This document shows, piece by piece, positions 1-12,247 of a stretch of 64,000 bases of DNA (its first letter is position 1; every line of letters starts with the position of its first letter). The stretch is taken from positions 10,459,455 through 10,523,454 of the forward strand of contig CAJINV010000002.1 of the NCBI GenBank assembly GCA_905178155.1, written 5' to 3'. The stretch comes from Amoebophrya sp. A120 (Eukaryota; Protista; Dinoflagellata). Below the pieces are notes generated by a model. The model made no database searches and was not told the DNA's origin. It saw nothing but the letters and a program-made list of their open reading frames with translations. A program made the position numbers and the translations under genes.

Positions 1-1990
1 GTCAAACGGCCCCGGCTCCGTTTTGCGCGAAACTGTTTAATTTGAGGAGACAAGTAGAGTGCAAAAGATCATCGAGTCATGTAAGTTTAGGCACATCGTC
101 GAACAAAATCACGATTCCTAATTTCGTACACCGATGAATTTTGTAATAAATTAAATTTAAGTATTGCATTTTGTATCTATGAATTGTCAACTTCAATCGT
201 CATGTGCTGATTTACTTCTGTGTGTTGTACATTTACCTCATTGTCGCTGGTGGAGCCTGAGCTGGGGTCCTCACTTGACTTGTTGTTAGCGCTGGTCGTT
301 GAAGACTCCGCCGGTGCTTTTTCTGACTCCTTCTTCACTTGCGTGGTGGCCTTCTTGGCCTGCGACGTGATTGAGCGCAACATACTGGTTCCGCTACGTA
401 TCTATCTGTAGTTCAAGCAAATGAACTACGAAATTTTTGTGCCTTTCGATTTAAGTGGCACAACAGTCGTGATACTACAATACAAATACTCGTGCTTGTT
501 CTCGTACCTCTCCGAGCAAAAAAAACTGTAGAAACACTACTGGTAGCTATAAAAACAAAGCAACAAATCAGGAAAATCCAAAAAAAGTCAAAATATACAA
601 ATTTTGTTACACAAGGAAGATACTTATTATTATTTTGGGGTTGAGATTTGAGGATTCGGAACGTGTTGCCGTAACGATTTAGGCTGCATTAGAATTTATA
701 GGGCGAAAGGATGATTTTTGTTGCGAGCTAATTGCGATCATCTCGATGTTGCGACGTAGTGCGGCTTTATACAAGTATTTCCATCAGCACAATCGCACTG
801 CAGGCTGGTACGGCCAAACGAAAGTGTGGATGAAACGAATGATAGAAGCCTTTCCGATGTTGTACGAATCTACTTCAGCGAAAAACGTTATTTCTAGTAT
901 CCGGGACGGAGATACAACAATGCAAGACGAATTCCGAGTCCTCTGTGGGAGAATTTTGACGAAAATGCCCGACGTTTTCAAGTCGTTCTTATTTCTTGAC
1001 GAACTGCATACCGAGAAAGATGCAGCGTAGCAGCATGTCAGTTTCTGTTACCGACTTTCTGTTTTGGGAAGTTGTCACGCTTGGTACGATGAATTTCTTC
1101 TATACGTATATCGTAAATATTGGCTATTGCGTTTGACGAGTGACCTGCCATCCTTCTATCATGTGCGTACGAAATTATAGTAAGGACCGATGGTTTTCTG
1201 CTTCTTGAAAAACCGACTTCTGCATTTCTCTGTGAACCAGGACCAGAACACTCACAATCAATGTGTAGCTTGCCATGTTGTCCGGTACGGGGAGCCTGAG
1301 CTTCGTGTTCCCTTCTGATAACATAACTTTACAGCACGGACATATTTTTCAGAGGTAGAGTTCCCGATTCTAATTATCTGTCTGAGTCAATCAACTGCCG
1401 CGTAGTAGACCATAAGAAAGGAAACAGCGCATCTACCGGTCTCTTGCAACAATTGAAAAGTCCTCTCATAGCTAGGCGTAGCTCACCACAAGATTGTTCG
1501 ACACGCAAGTGGCTTACAGAGTCCGTTTTCCAAAATGCTGATAGCTGCAATGGAAGCGGCGATATTTGTGCTAGTGCGTGTTTTGTTTTCTGTTTTCTTT
1601 GTGGTGGGTGTACATCCATCTCCATCATTTGAAAAAGTACTAAAAAGCATACAAACGATCCTTCAAAAAAAGTCTCGTGTCGCGCAGAGACTACTTCCAC
1701 GTTTTGCTAAGTGTGACAACGTTGCCTTCATCATTATTTTGCATCTTTGGATGTTGTCACACGTGCTTGTTGAACGACAATATTTGCAGGGGTCAGTATC
1801 CTAGCTTTCATCATCATCGATCCATCTGGGGCTGCAGTGATGTGATCCCAGAAGACGATCGTCTCTAATGACAAACTATTGGATCACTTCGTGCGTGTAA
1901 ATTTGAGATCATGGTTGAAAAGTCGGTAAAACAGTTTTGGTGTGCAGTTGTTTTATATCGGTCGCTACTGAATATGCAGAGGAAGTGTCT

Positions 1991-4900
1991 TTACTTCTTT
2001 TCAGTAGCGGTTGAGCCAGCGGCGGTCTCAACCTTCTTGTCGCTCTGTTCCACGTCCTTTGTAACTTTAGTTGTCGCTTTTTCATCATTTTTTTGAGCCT
2101 TTGCCGCTGCAGCCGGGGCTGCAGCTTTTGCTGGCTCGTCTTTCTTTTGACTCTTCTTTTTGTTGTTCTTTTTCTTAGGTGCAGCAGCTGCCTGGTCTGA
2201 AGTGGCAGAAGCGGGCTGCTCTGGCTGCTGATTGTTCTTCTTTTTACCTTGTCCCTTCTTCGTGCCCTCCTTCGGCGCGGCCGGGGCACCTTGTTCCCGG
2301 TTATTCTTCACAGAATTTCTGGCATGCTCCGCCCAGAAGCCGCTGCTTCGTCGGGGCTCTTCTTGCTGCTTGCCCTGTCCCTTCTTGGCGGAAGCACCCT
2401 TCGTTCTCTTGCCGGATTGCAGCTGCTGTTCGCCACCATTGTAGACTTGTTGCTGTTGCTGACCATTCTGGTACATCATCATCTGTTGCTGACCCGTGGC
2501 ACTGGAGCAGCTCGCGGACGAGTTGCGTGCGACGCCGGAGTTTCGCGGGAGCGCGGCCCAGCACGGGTGCGTCGCTGTATTAGATTCGGCGTGCGACATG
2601 GTGAACGCGTTCTCCAAGAAAGGGTTCTGAACTCCGCAAAAGTTCCCGTAATACGTAGCGGCCATCGACATGGAGCTTGCCCTCGGGGCCGGAGTCATGT
2701 ACGCAGCCGTCGAAGAACCGCAGGCAGCCGTCGGTGGCATTTGGAACGGTGCCGCATCCTTGTTAAGAGTGATAGCACTGCTTTTCGCGGTTTCTCTTTC
2801 AGCCGCGGATTTATTTGGAGGTACACCATTGGCTTCTCTAGTATCGTCGTCCGCGTTATTTGCTTCGCTTTTTTTTCCCTCCTTGGCGGCAGGAACGTCG
2901 GTACTACCAACAGCCTCCTTGCTGCTTTCCGCCGGCGCCGATGCGTTATTCGCGATAGCTCCGGAGGAAGGGGCTGACGCCTCCACGGGCTTGGTGTTGA
3001 TCATGTGATTGGGGTCCACGAATTTGTTGCACTGGTTTGCGTACGCGTAGGGGTTGTCCAGGGAGAAATGCTGCAGGCTCTGCACCGCCGGCCCGCCGCC
3101 CACCCGCCAAGCGGACAGAAGCCGCTGGTTGGCTTCCTGCAACATGTAGAAGTACTGTTGCTCCGCTTCCTGAAACTGCATCACCAAAAGCTCCTCCTTC
3201 GAAACGGTTGGCGGCACAAACTCTTGCGCGTTCGGGTTGAAGGCGTCCGCGTTGCCATTGTAGAATGAAGGTCTGTGGTAGAGTAATTTGACAAAGAATT
3301 TTTCACGAGGTTTAGGTTTTTTCCCTGGCGGTGCATAGATATCTTTTTCATGGACCAATGCAGGGATGTCTGCGTGTTTACATGAAACCAAAGTGAAACT
3401 GGAACTGCTCGTACGTCGTAAAATAAAGACACTGCTGCACAAGTACCTTCTGCTCTTTCGTCCGCCGCCCCGATTGGAAATGGAATCCTGGTCGATTCTG
3501 CCCGGACTCGCGAAGGCCTTGGAGACCCGGCGGGAACTGGAGATGATACTTCTCCGCACCGACTTCCGCGCGTCAAACTCGCCCTGCAGCTTCGCGATCC
3601 GGCCGGCCAGCTGCTCCTTCCGGGCGACCTTGGCCTTCTGCAGAGCGTCCAACTTGGCTTCCCCAGACTTCTCCTTCTCCTCCAGGAGCAAGATGTTCCG
3701 CATCTCGCGCTTCAGCTTCCGCAGGTGCTTGTCCTCGGCCTTGTCGTCCAGGAACCGCTTGTCCATGGGTTTGTGGGTCTTCTTCTCCTTCTATCAAATG
3801 TAAAAATGTCTGGGTCTGGAAATTTCTGAGACTTGTCATGCACGTTTTGCATGGGCCATGATGTCTGTGATGCATGCCCTACCATCACAGACTTTTTGAG
3901 GGCTTCGCGATGCCTATTCCGCATGACAAATGCCTTCTCCGCGTAGCCAAAATTGCATTCCCTTTGCTGCTTATGCAATACAGATTTCTTTGGAATCCAA
4001 ATGCAGCATCACAAGTTTGCATTCTTCCAGACCCAGACATTTTTGCATTTGATACCTTTTCCTTTTGGCCTTCCCCGGTGTGCGGCTCGGACCTGTTTCC
4101 GGTGGACTTGCGCGACACCGGCGTTTGACAATCATTATAGGCAGAGTTTGTTCGGCTCTTCTTCTTTCGTTCGCCGGTTTGCGAGTACACGGAGGTCCGG
4201 CGGGACGCGTTGCTGTACACGGACGACCGACGCCCGTCCGCCTGGCTGTAGTTCGAAAAGACACTGTTGCGCCGGCTCTTGCTGGTGTTCTGGGTATTCA
4301 GGCCGGAGAAGTCGATGTTGTGGTGGGAACCCACACTGCACACGGATTCCCGCCCCTGCACAGACGAAATCGAGTTCCGCCGGCTGCGCCAGTCACAATC
4401 ACCGTCCGGAGTCTCCTCGTACGCACGACGGCTGCGACGGGAAGTCTGTTTCATGGATGTTGGTTTTGATAATACATAGATAAAATCTTCAAGCAAAGGA
4501 AAGGGATGAGCTGCATCGAGCCAGAGCAGCCTGCCAAAAGCCTAATCTCCGGTCATACATTAAAGCGTACTACAAACGTTTTTTCTACCTGACTCCACCG
4601 GGAGCTGTGACGGCTTGACTGCCGCGATTTGTTTTTCGTGATCTCCTTCCCACGACGACCGTGGTAGGTGCCGCCGACGCCCGGATAGTTCGCGTGCACA
4701 AACTGGTCGATCGATTCGCGGTAACACTCTTCTTCCAGGTACTGCTCACACAGTCGGTTGAAGTTCTGTAGAATTGGATAATTATTGAAAGTACATTATA
4801 CGGGTTTCTGCTTGTCTTGTTTCAGGTTACACACGCACTGAAAGAACCTCAGTTGCCCCTTGATGTCAGTACCTGCGAAGATAACAACTGACGCGTGCAA

Positions 4901-5437
4901 ATGCAATTCCAATTCTGCATCAAAAATTAGCTTTATATATTGTATTACTTACCTCCAAGTCCAGACCCAACTCGGGGCTGCAGTCGAAGGAAGAGCACAG
5001 CTGTTCGTAAGCTTCGTCCCACGTTTGTTCCTCCTCTTCGAATCCCGTGGTAGCGGCGAACAGGCGCAATTCGTTACGGCCCAGGTACCTGGTAAGGATA
5101 CAGCAACACAGGGTGAACAAGTTCACACTTTGTTTGATTTATTCTTATGATTTGAAAACACAAAGAAGTTCAAGTCACGGGATATGCAAAAGTGGGCGCC
5201 GGCCTGAGAGAAGTTTTAGTTTAATGATTGTGGTGGTCCCAATATGGTAAAAACTTACCCGTTGGTATCGGCGTCCAAGCAGCGGAACATTTTTTCCGAA
5301 GTGGACAGCTCCGCGTCCAGATGCTGGGAGATCCGCCGGGCAATGTTAGAGCTCGTCAACATCGTTTGCAGCGCATTGTCCAGAGCATCCTGCTGCAGCT
5401 CTTCGGCCTGCGCCAAAGCTGGATTCTGACTCGGCAT
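1991..5437 (-). CDS. Multi-exon protein with an N-terminal EF-hand-like motif, an eIF2A/PYM-C-terminal-like basic helix, PAM2-like motifs and a low-complexity K/Q/A tail
   Basis: Exons join in frame across GT-AG introns at about 5088-5257, 4767-4951, 4446-4588, 3791-4055 and 3273-3446. Spliced FRCLDADTNG|YLGRNELRLF fits an EF-hand loop. FNPNAQEFVP fits the PAM2 consensus. Confidence 0.7.
3792..4054. mobile_element. TAT...ATA hairpin introner (forms GT-AG intron 3791-4055)
   Basis: 30-bp inverted repeat tatcaaatgtaaaaatgtctgggtctggaa with 1 mismatch. Flanks are ccttc/ccttt. Removal joins GQKEK to KEKKTHKPMDKRF. Confidence 0.85.
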
Positions 5438-7186
5438 CTTCCGCTAATATGTTTTACCCGAAGGAAGATGACCGGAAGATGGTTTCTTGTGGATAATGAT
5501 CCCGTCCAGAAATCTTTGTTTTTCGGTTTCCTGGTCCCGCAAAGAGATGATAATGCTCGTCGGCGAACTCAAATCTTCGCTTGCGCAGTAGAGAGCTCGC
5601 CACTGCAAGGCGAAAATAGAAGATGTCGACCAGATTGAAAGCGTGTTCCTTAGTATACAGCTTCAATAGAGTAGTTTTCTACCGTGTTCCACGGACAAAA
5701 AACACGGAACTGATTGAAACCAGCACGTGCTTCCAACCGTGGCTCCGATTATACTCAAAATGTGTCTATCAAGAAGCTGAAAGTGCAAGAAACAAGAAGA
5801 TGCTGAAAGATAAACCTAAAACACGGCACAGCTTTGCTTCCAAAATAAACTGCTAGCAATAACGACTTCCTCCTGAAGATTAAAAGAGTTCGTAAGTTTC
5901 ATGATGGAAAGTTTGTAGATCCGTTTTTGAAATTGAATTCGAGAATACGGCTCTTCGATGCAGATCTGGCTGTTCTACTTTAACTTCTGTAAGTTGTAGT
6001 GTAGTAGAGTAATAATTGCCCTTAGTGGCTACGTAGCTTGTGTTTGTGATCCACGGTGAGGATGGCTTCAGAATGCTGCGACTCAATCGACGACCAATGT
6101 AGGATCAAGAAAGACCCTGGAAGATGATGGTTGAGAAGTTTTATGTTGCGCCACGCTTGTAAGAACCAGAGCGGCAGAAAAGAGCTTATGGAAGATCAGA
6201 TCTTCTTGGATTTTTCCGGTAACAAGCCAATCAACTTCAGTGTCGTACGTGCCGGGGGATCGGCTCGGCTTTTTAGATGATCTTATCAATACTGAATTTG
6301 GATCTTTCCTTTACCTTTTCCTGTCCTTCGGTCCAGAGAAAAATTAACGTTACTCATACATGTTCATCATGATCTTCGAAAGTGCAAGGCCACACACTAC
6401 GTACGGTCACATTTTGTTGATCTTGTTTTCGCTGCTGCCAAGATCTCATTTTTGCAATCAGTAGTGGTTGTTTTAGTAGTTCCGTTCTTATTCTGAATCT
6501 TACGACTATAAGACAAAGACCGATCCATTTGAAACTCGATGACTCTTTATCGAACTACGTCTGCTCGTGTGGTCTTATGCTTCACAGAAAAACGCGAACA
6601 GTCGCAGGAGTGCGTCAATGCACTGACGAGCACCACGTCAAGAAGCTACAGGAGCTCGCAGAAAGTACAACTCCATTTTGTACCATTGTAATACTACAAA
6701 GCTAAACCAATGCGCGAGTTCTTCGGAAAGAATTACGCACAACAACAAAATTGTCGTTAGGGATTTTCATTAGAGACACACGTGATTTTTTTAAAAAAAT
6801 TTTCGCCATGCCAGATGGCTATCTTGTTTTTTTTTTGTTTTTGCTTTTATGAGTAATGAATCGTTAGGAAAATCGTTAGGAAAATCCTTACAAGAAATCA
6901 TTAGCTACAGCTGTAAATGGAACTTCAATTAATTAAAAAAAACCTTTTATGGAAAAGAGGTGCGGAAAAAACCGCGAAATAAGATCGATCCTTTCCAGCA
7001 ACTCCGTCCTCTCCTCAACTTATGCTATTGGATTCGTCTCGACGGCCTCGCAATTGCTCAAGCAGTGCAGAACGAGTCGGCGCGGCTGCTTGAAACGCTG
7101 CGTACCTCCGCGCAAGGTCGCGTGAATCGATCCCCAACTCGAGAAGGTGTCTTCGCTCTACCTTGCTTTCGCCGACTAGAAGAAAT

Positions 7187-10100
7187 TTATCTCTTAAGCC
7201 CGGCGGGAGTTCCTGTGGTGCGAAAAGGGTTGTCGGTGCATTCTTGTTGTGGTTTGCACTGTCATTCTCATTTCTGATCTTTCGGAAGACAAAAATTAGT
7301 ATGAATACTCAACGTAAAAACATTCGTAAAACTAAATAAAAGTAGATCGATCATGTAGATACCTGTAGCTGCGTCTGAATGGCGATGTGTTCGGGTGTGA
7401 GGTTGTTCGCGTCGTTCGGAGCGCCTGAAGCTGTTGCTGAACTGTTTCCAAAATTCAACACGTAGGCTGCTTCCAGGTGCTGCGGGTAAAACCTGCCTGC
7501 GTTCGCGCCGTCGGCGAGGAGAGACAAGTGTCGAAGCAGCCACTTTTTCCCGTTCACTTCGTCCTGGGCCGCCTGGTGTTGTATTGCCGCCGCCTCTTTT
7601 GGACTTGTCCTGCTATTCACCGGCACGGATGGCGAGGCGCCCGCCATGTCGTAGACCTCTATGGTTTGCGGCATGATGAAATGCGAGTTGAACAGTTCGA
7701 GACTGTCCACCTTCTCCGAGTTTTCTCCGTCGATCGAGACCAGCTGCACGACCGGTTTTTTAATCCCGTCGATGCCGCCGCTGCTGCCTCGTCTACTCCG
7801 GCTAGCTGCCGCTTGCTGCGCCGCCGCGGCTCGCTTCTTGTTCTCGAACACCCTATTTTTCCAAATCGCGAGCTCGAGCCGCTGCCGCTGCAGATCCATC
7901 GAGCTCTCCATAGACCAAAGCCACAGAAACCGGAAATCCCGGATGCTAGAGTGCGAGGACCTTATGAGATGCGCGGGGCTTGATGTCGGTTGCGGCGTCA
8001 AAGAGCCACTGGCAAGCTGCTGCAAGCACGGCTGGTAGTAGTGGACGACCGCGCACTTGGTATTATTCACGATCGGAACTCCTCCCTGTCCGCCAAGCAT
8101 ACCCCCTCCTGAAGTTGAGGTGGACGTGCTGCTGTAGTAGGAGCTCTGACCCCCGCCGCTCAGATACCCTAAGCACGCCGACGGCCAGGCGTCGCGCGTC
8201 TGCAAAAGTCTCCGCAACGTCGTGGTCGGCAGCTTGATCAGTGGCGAACTCTGCCAGGGATCCGGGTTCCGCTCCCGCAACAACTCCTGCAGAATCTCGT
8301 CCGCGGGGGTGGATAGCAGCTGCCCGGCTACATTAGCGCCAAACGTCGGCAAACGTGGGTACCCACCCGTGACCAGTCGGGCTTCTTGCACGATCTCTCT
8401 TTCCTGAAAATACCTGCGCCAGAAGGGATTGGTTTCTTCCAAATAGTCCTGGACGGTGTCGGTGCCCATAGACACCATGGGCGGGTCGTTCTTATTCCGC
8501 CTGGTTGTAGTTCTACTACTTTTGTTCATCCCCGGGTCGGTTGCCGTGCTCTCCTCGATCAGAAAATCCTCTGCGACGACGTTCTCCCAGAAGAAACTAG
8601 AGAGAGACAGATCGGATCCGATGTCGAAACTACTGACGAGCTGTTGAAAATTTTGGTATAGCAGGCTCTGACGATTATTAGCAGCTCCCGCGCTACTGGC
8701 TCGGCTTGCTCTACTACCATTCTTGTCTCCACCGAAGTAGTCAATCATCTCTTCATCGTGTTCCAACATGGTCGGAAGCAGCCCGTTGCTTTGAAGATGA
8801 TACCCCGGAACCGCACCTCCTCCTGCGGGCCCGAAACCGCGACCGCCGAAGTTTCCTCCGCCGAACGCGCTGAAGGACGACGAGTTCTGTCTTGTCAACC
8901 GAGCCCGCTCATCGAGGTCGGCAGTGTGCGAGTGCTTCAGTTGCTTCAGCTTACTGGCCGTTATTCCGCTACCGACGAGATGATTCTGGTTATTCATCAT
9001 GCTAGTGTTGCTCGATGAAGAATTCGCGGAGCTGTTGCTCATGGTGTCGAAGTCGTTGGTGCTCGCGGTCGCGCTGGATGGGGAGCCGAAGTAATCGTCG
9101 CACAGGTCGACGGACTTTCGCGTTTGCGTCGTGGTCTCGAACTGCTTCACTTCCTTATTCCCGTGCTCGTCATAGACGATGCGCTTGGTCGGGATTTTGG
9201 TCTGTTGTTCCGACGTTGTGTCAGTGGCAACACCGCGATTCAGATTCAGCTTCGATTTCAGCCAGGAACTGATGCTGTTATCTTCTGTCGCTTCGTTGTT
9301 GCTATTTTTCTCGAACGGGGCGAGTGCTTCGTCGTCACTGCACGGCTCGCCGTTCCTGTTGTCCCCACTAGTCAATCCTAGCGCCTGCTTCGCTATCACG
9401 GCTCGCGGTGGCTCCGGATAGACCTGGCCTCCCGCGTCGGAGCTCTGCGGATCAAATCGCTTGATTCCGCCCTGCTGCAGGAAATTGCTGCCCTGCTTGG
9501 TGTTGTGCAGCAAAAACTCACTCTCAGTGGAGAAGAAGTCGTCGCCGAGCTGGATCGTCGTGACCAAGTGCTTCTGTTCGCGAAAAAGCTTACATGCGAG
9601 TAACCTGGGAAACAGTTCTTCCTCTATGGCCGCTTGGATTTGGTGCGGAGGGAGGTGGGTGCTACGCCGGAAACCCGTTTTATCCAAACCTGGAGCATTA
9701 TTCAAGTTTGCCGCGATGTCTAGACAAAACCGGTGCAGGCAATTGTACTTCCCGCCGAACGCGTTGAAGAAAAGAATCCAGCCCCGGTCGAGGCTGCCGG
9801 TGGTTTGCAGGGTTTGGATACCGGAAAGCGGCTTCGGCTTGCTCAGTTCCAACTCGAGGTCCTTGCGCTGCTGCTGCTTCTTCCGCTCCCTTTCTCGGTT
9901 TTCCACGTCGAACAGCATGTCATCCAGTGACTGGAGCTGTGGTAAACCCCGGCCGACTGCGACCGAGTTAATATCCGCATCATTTTGCATGCGGCTCGTC
10001 ACACCTCGTGTGAACCGCTCGATAGGCGAGGGAGCTTGTTGGTGATTAGTCGCAGCCGCCGGTATTCTGCTCTGCTGCTGTTCCCCGTGCTGCGCTTTGT

Positions 10101-10992
10101 GAATGTTTCTCAAAACTATGTTTTGAAAAAGATATTCCAGTTCCGCGATTCGTGCCTTGCTGAAGGTCGGTAGACACCAGGAAGAAATGTCGTCTTCATC
10201 TACCGATGTTGAGGTGCCATCAGTATAGCCGGCACCTATCCTCCGGTGCCCGGTGTTCGGCGAGGCTAGGGACGTTATCTTTTCCGAAGATATGCCCAGA
10301 ATTCCCGACAGACTTCTGTCGTACCCAAACGTCTGGTTTGCGCGAACCGTGCGAGAATAGAGTGGCTCTTTCGGTCTTTTGCCCTTTTTGTCATTCTCCT
10401 GCTTGTTGTTCGTGGATGAATTTTTGAACTCGCGCATAAATTCCTCCTCGTCGACAGCTGCCAGATCGTCTTCCAGCTGTTGCGCCATGAGCCTCGCTTT
10501 TCTCGCATTGAAGCACAGGACGGACGACGCCAGGCCACCTTTAGTGCGCTTCATTTCTTCCTCTTGCTTCTTGATCAGTTCCTGTTTTCGCTTTTCCAGA
10601 GCCGCACGGTAAGCCGCAGTCGTGCTCATCTGCGATGCGCTTTCCGCGTTGCTCGCTTGCCCTTCGCCGCAAGAAGAATCCCCTGCATCCTCCTCGCCCG
10701 CGTCCAGGTCGCACTGAATCTTGATGCTCCGGTAGTGTTTCTTTATCGGCGGCCGTCGCGCCATTTGTTCCGAACTTTCGGAGATGTCCAGCATCGACCC
10801 AAACGCTTGCAGCGTCCATTGTAGGCCGCGCGAAATGGATGACGTTGATGCTGTACTGTCTTCTTGCGAAGTCGAGGTGCCTTGGTCTGTCCGGCGATAC
10901 AACCGGGGATCATACGACTGGCTTGAATTTCTATCCGCGACGACCATCCTAGGATGCGGGCTATAGTGGTGCTGCTCAGGGTAACGATTCAT
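7187..10992 (-). CDS. Large hypothetical protein (about 1230 aa, low complexity)
   Basis: 1213-aa ORF 7351-10992, plus a probable short last exon after GT-AG intron 7259-7362. No domain recognised. Confidence 0.65.
7263..7361. mobile_element. Degenerate TAT...ATA-family introner (GT-AG intron 7259-7362)
   Basis: cat...ata ends, flanks actgt/cctgt, weak inverted repeat. Confidence 0.4.
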
Positions 10993-12247
10993 GGCAAAGT
11001 ATAGTGACTTGTTGTACGAGCTGGCTCTATACTAGCATCTTCAGAATCACGCTACCAATTCGTAGCTCACACTTTGCAAAAGTTGTAAAAGATTAATTTC
11101 AAATAAGGCCAATTTCATTCACAGCTGAGCTACTATACTTACAGATGCTGATGTCAATTGAGTACTTTAGTGTAAAGAAAGTTCGACGAATGAATATGAA
11201 TTTCGACGATACTAGAAGATTAAGTCACCCCGGGCGAAACTGTCCGGGGTGGTCGTCGCGTAAATGAAAAGTAATAGACAAACATGGCATAGAAACTAAA
11301 AAATGATAATCAGAAAACAACAACATACAGATACACATAGATACTTAATTGAATAATACGAAATTGGGAAAACCGCTGTGTGTGGGACAAGGAAAAGCAT
11401 TGATTGACCGAGGGTAAACAAGAACGAATACGAGTGACAAGGAGAGCAAGTGCTCGTGCTGCTCATCTAGTCATTATGATTATTTTCTGTGAGGACGACA
11501 GAGCCAAAATTTTTTTTTTGCACGAAACACCGTACGAAAGACATAGCTGATGGTAAGTTTGCACGACCGAGACTGATAACGCCAGCTATATCTTCTTCTT
11601 GTTTTTGGTACGAGAAAATACCGCGGACGTCGACATGTAACAAACTACGTACCGATGGAGCCGTTTGTAAGTAAAATTATACGCACCGAGCAGGAGAGTT
11701 GTGGACGAGAGAAATCACACAAACCGATTTCAAAAGCGTAACGTTTCGGTTCATCGCATGTCAGGTTCTACTAATTAGTTTCACCGAGTAGTCGAGTGGT
11801 TTTCTCTTGTTGGTCGCTACTTGTTTGAACGAGCCATCGAAACAAAATGGAAAATTTTCGGCAACACTATGAGGGTACGGACTCATGCGGCCCAAGTGCA
11901 ACAGATGTTTCCTTGTTTATCACTAGCACACGGAATTTGATGCTAGTTTCAGACGTGGACGAGCATCAGGCAAGTTTTCTGCGGATTATTCAAAGTGTGA
12001 ACGTGATGCACAGATGGCAAAATGGTTAGTGAGGCTCGGCAAATCCGAAACAGTGGTTGGATCAAAAAACGAATGAATCCCATCTTTCTCAAACAGAATT
12101 TTAAAAAATTTGCGTTTTCGCAGACATGTGAGTGAAACTTTACGCGGATATCCGCAAAGATAGTTGCTCAGCAAAGCCAACAAACTCCGGGCACAATGAA
12201 GTCAGTGCGACTCGTTCCTACAGCCAACATCTTCACCCGGCGCCAGC

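Noticed and set aside
746-1804. Short ORFs on both strands near the window start
   Set aside because: No recognisable motif, codon bias or splice structure.
6859-6890. aatcgttaggaa tandem copies, superficially telomere- or CRISPR-like
   Set aside because: Only about 2.5 copies, with no spacers and no cas genes.
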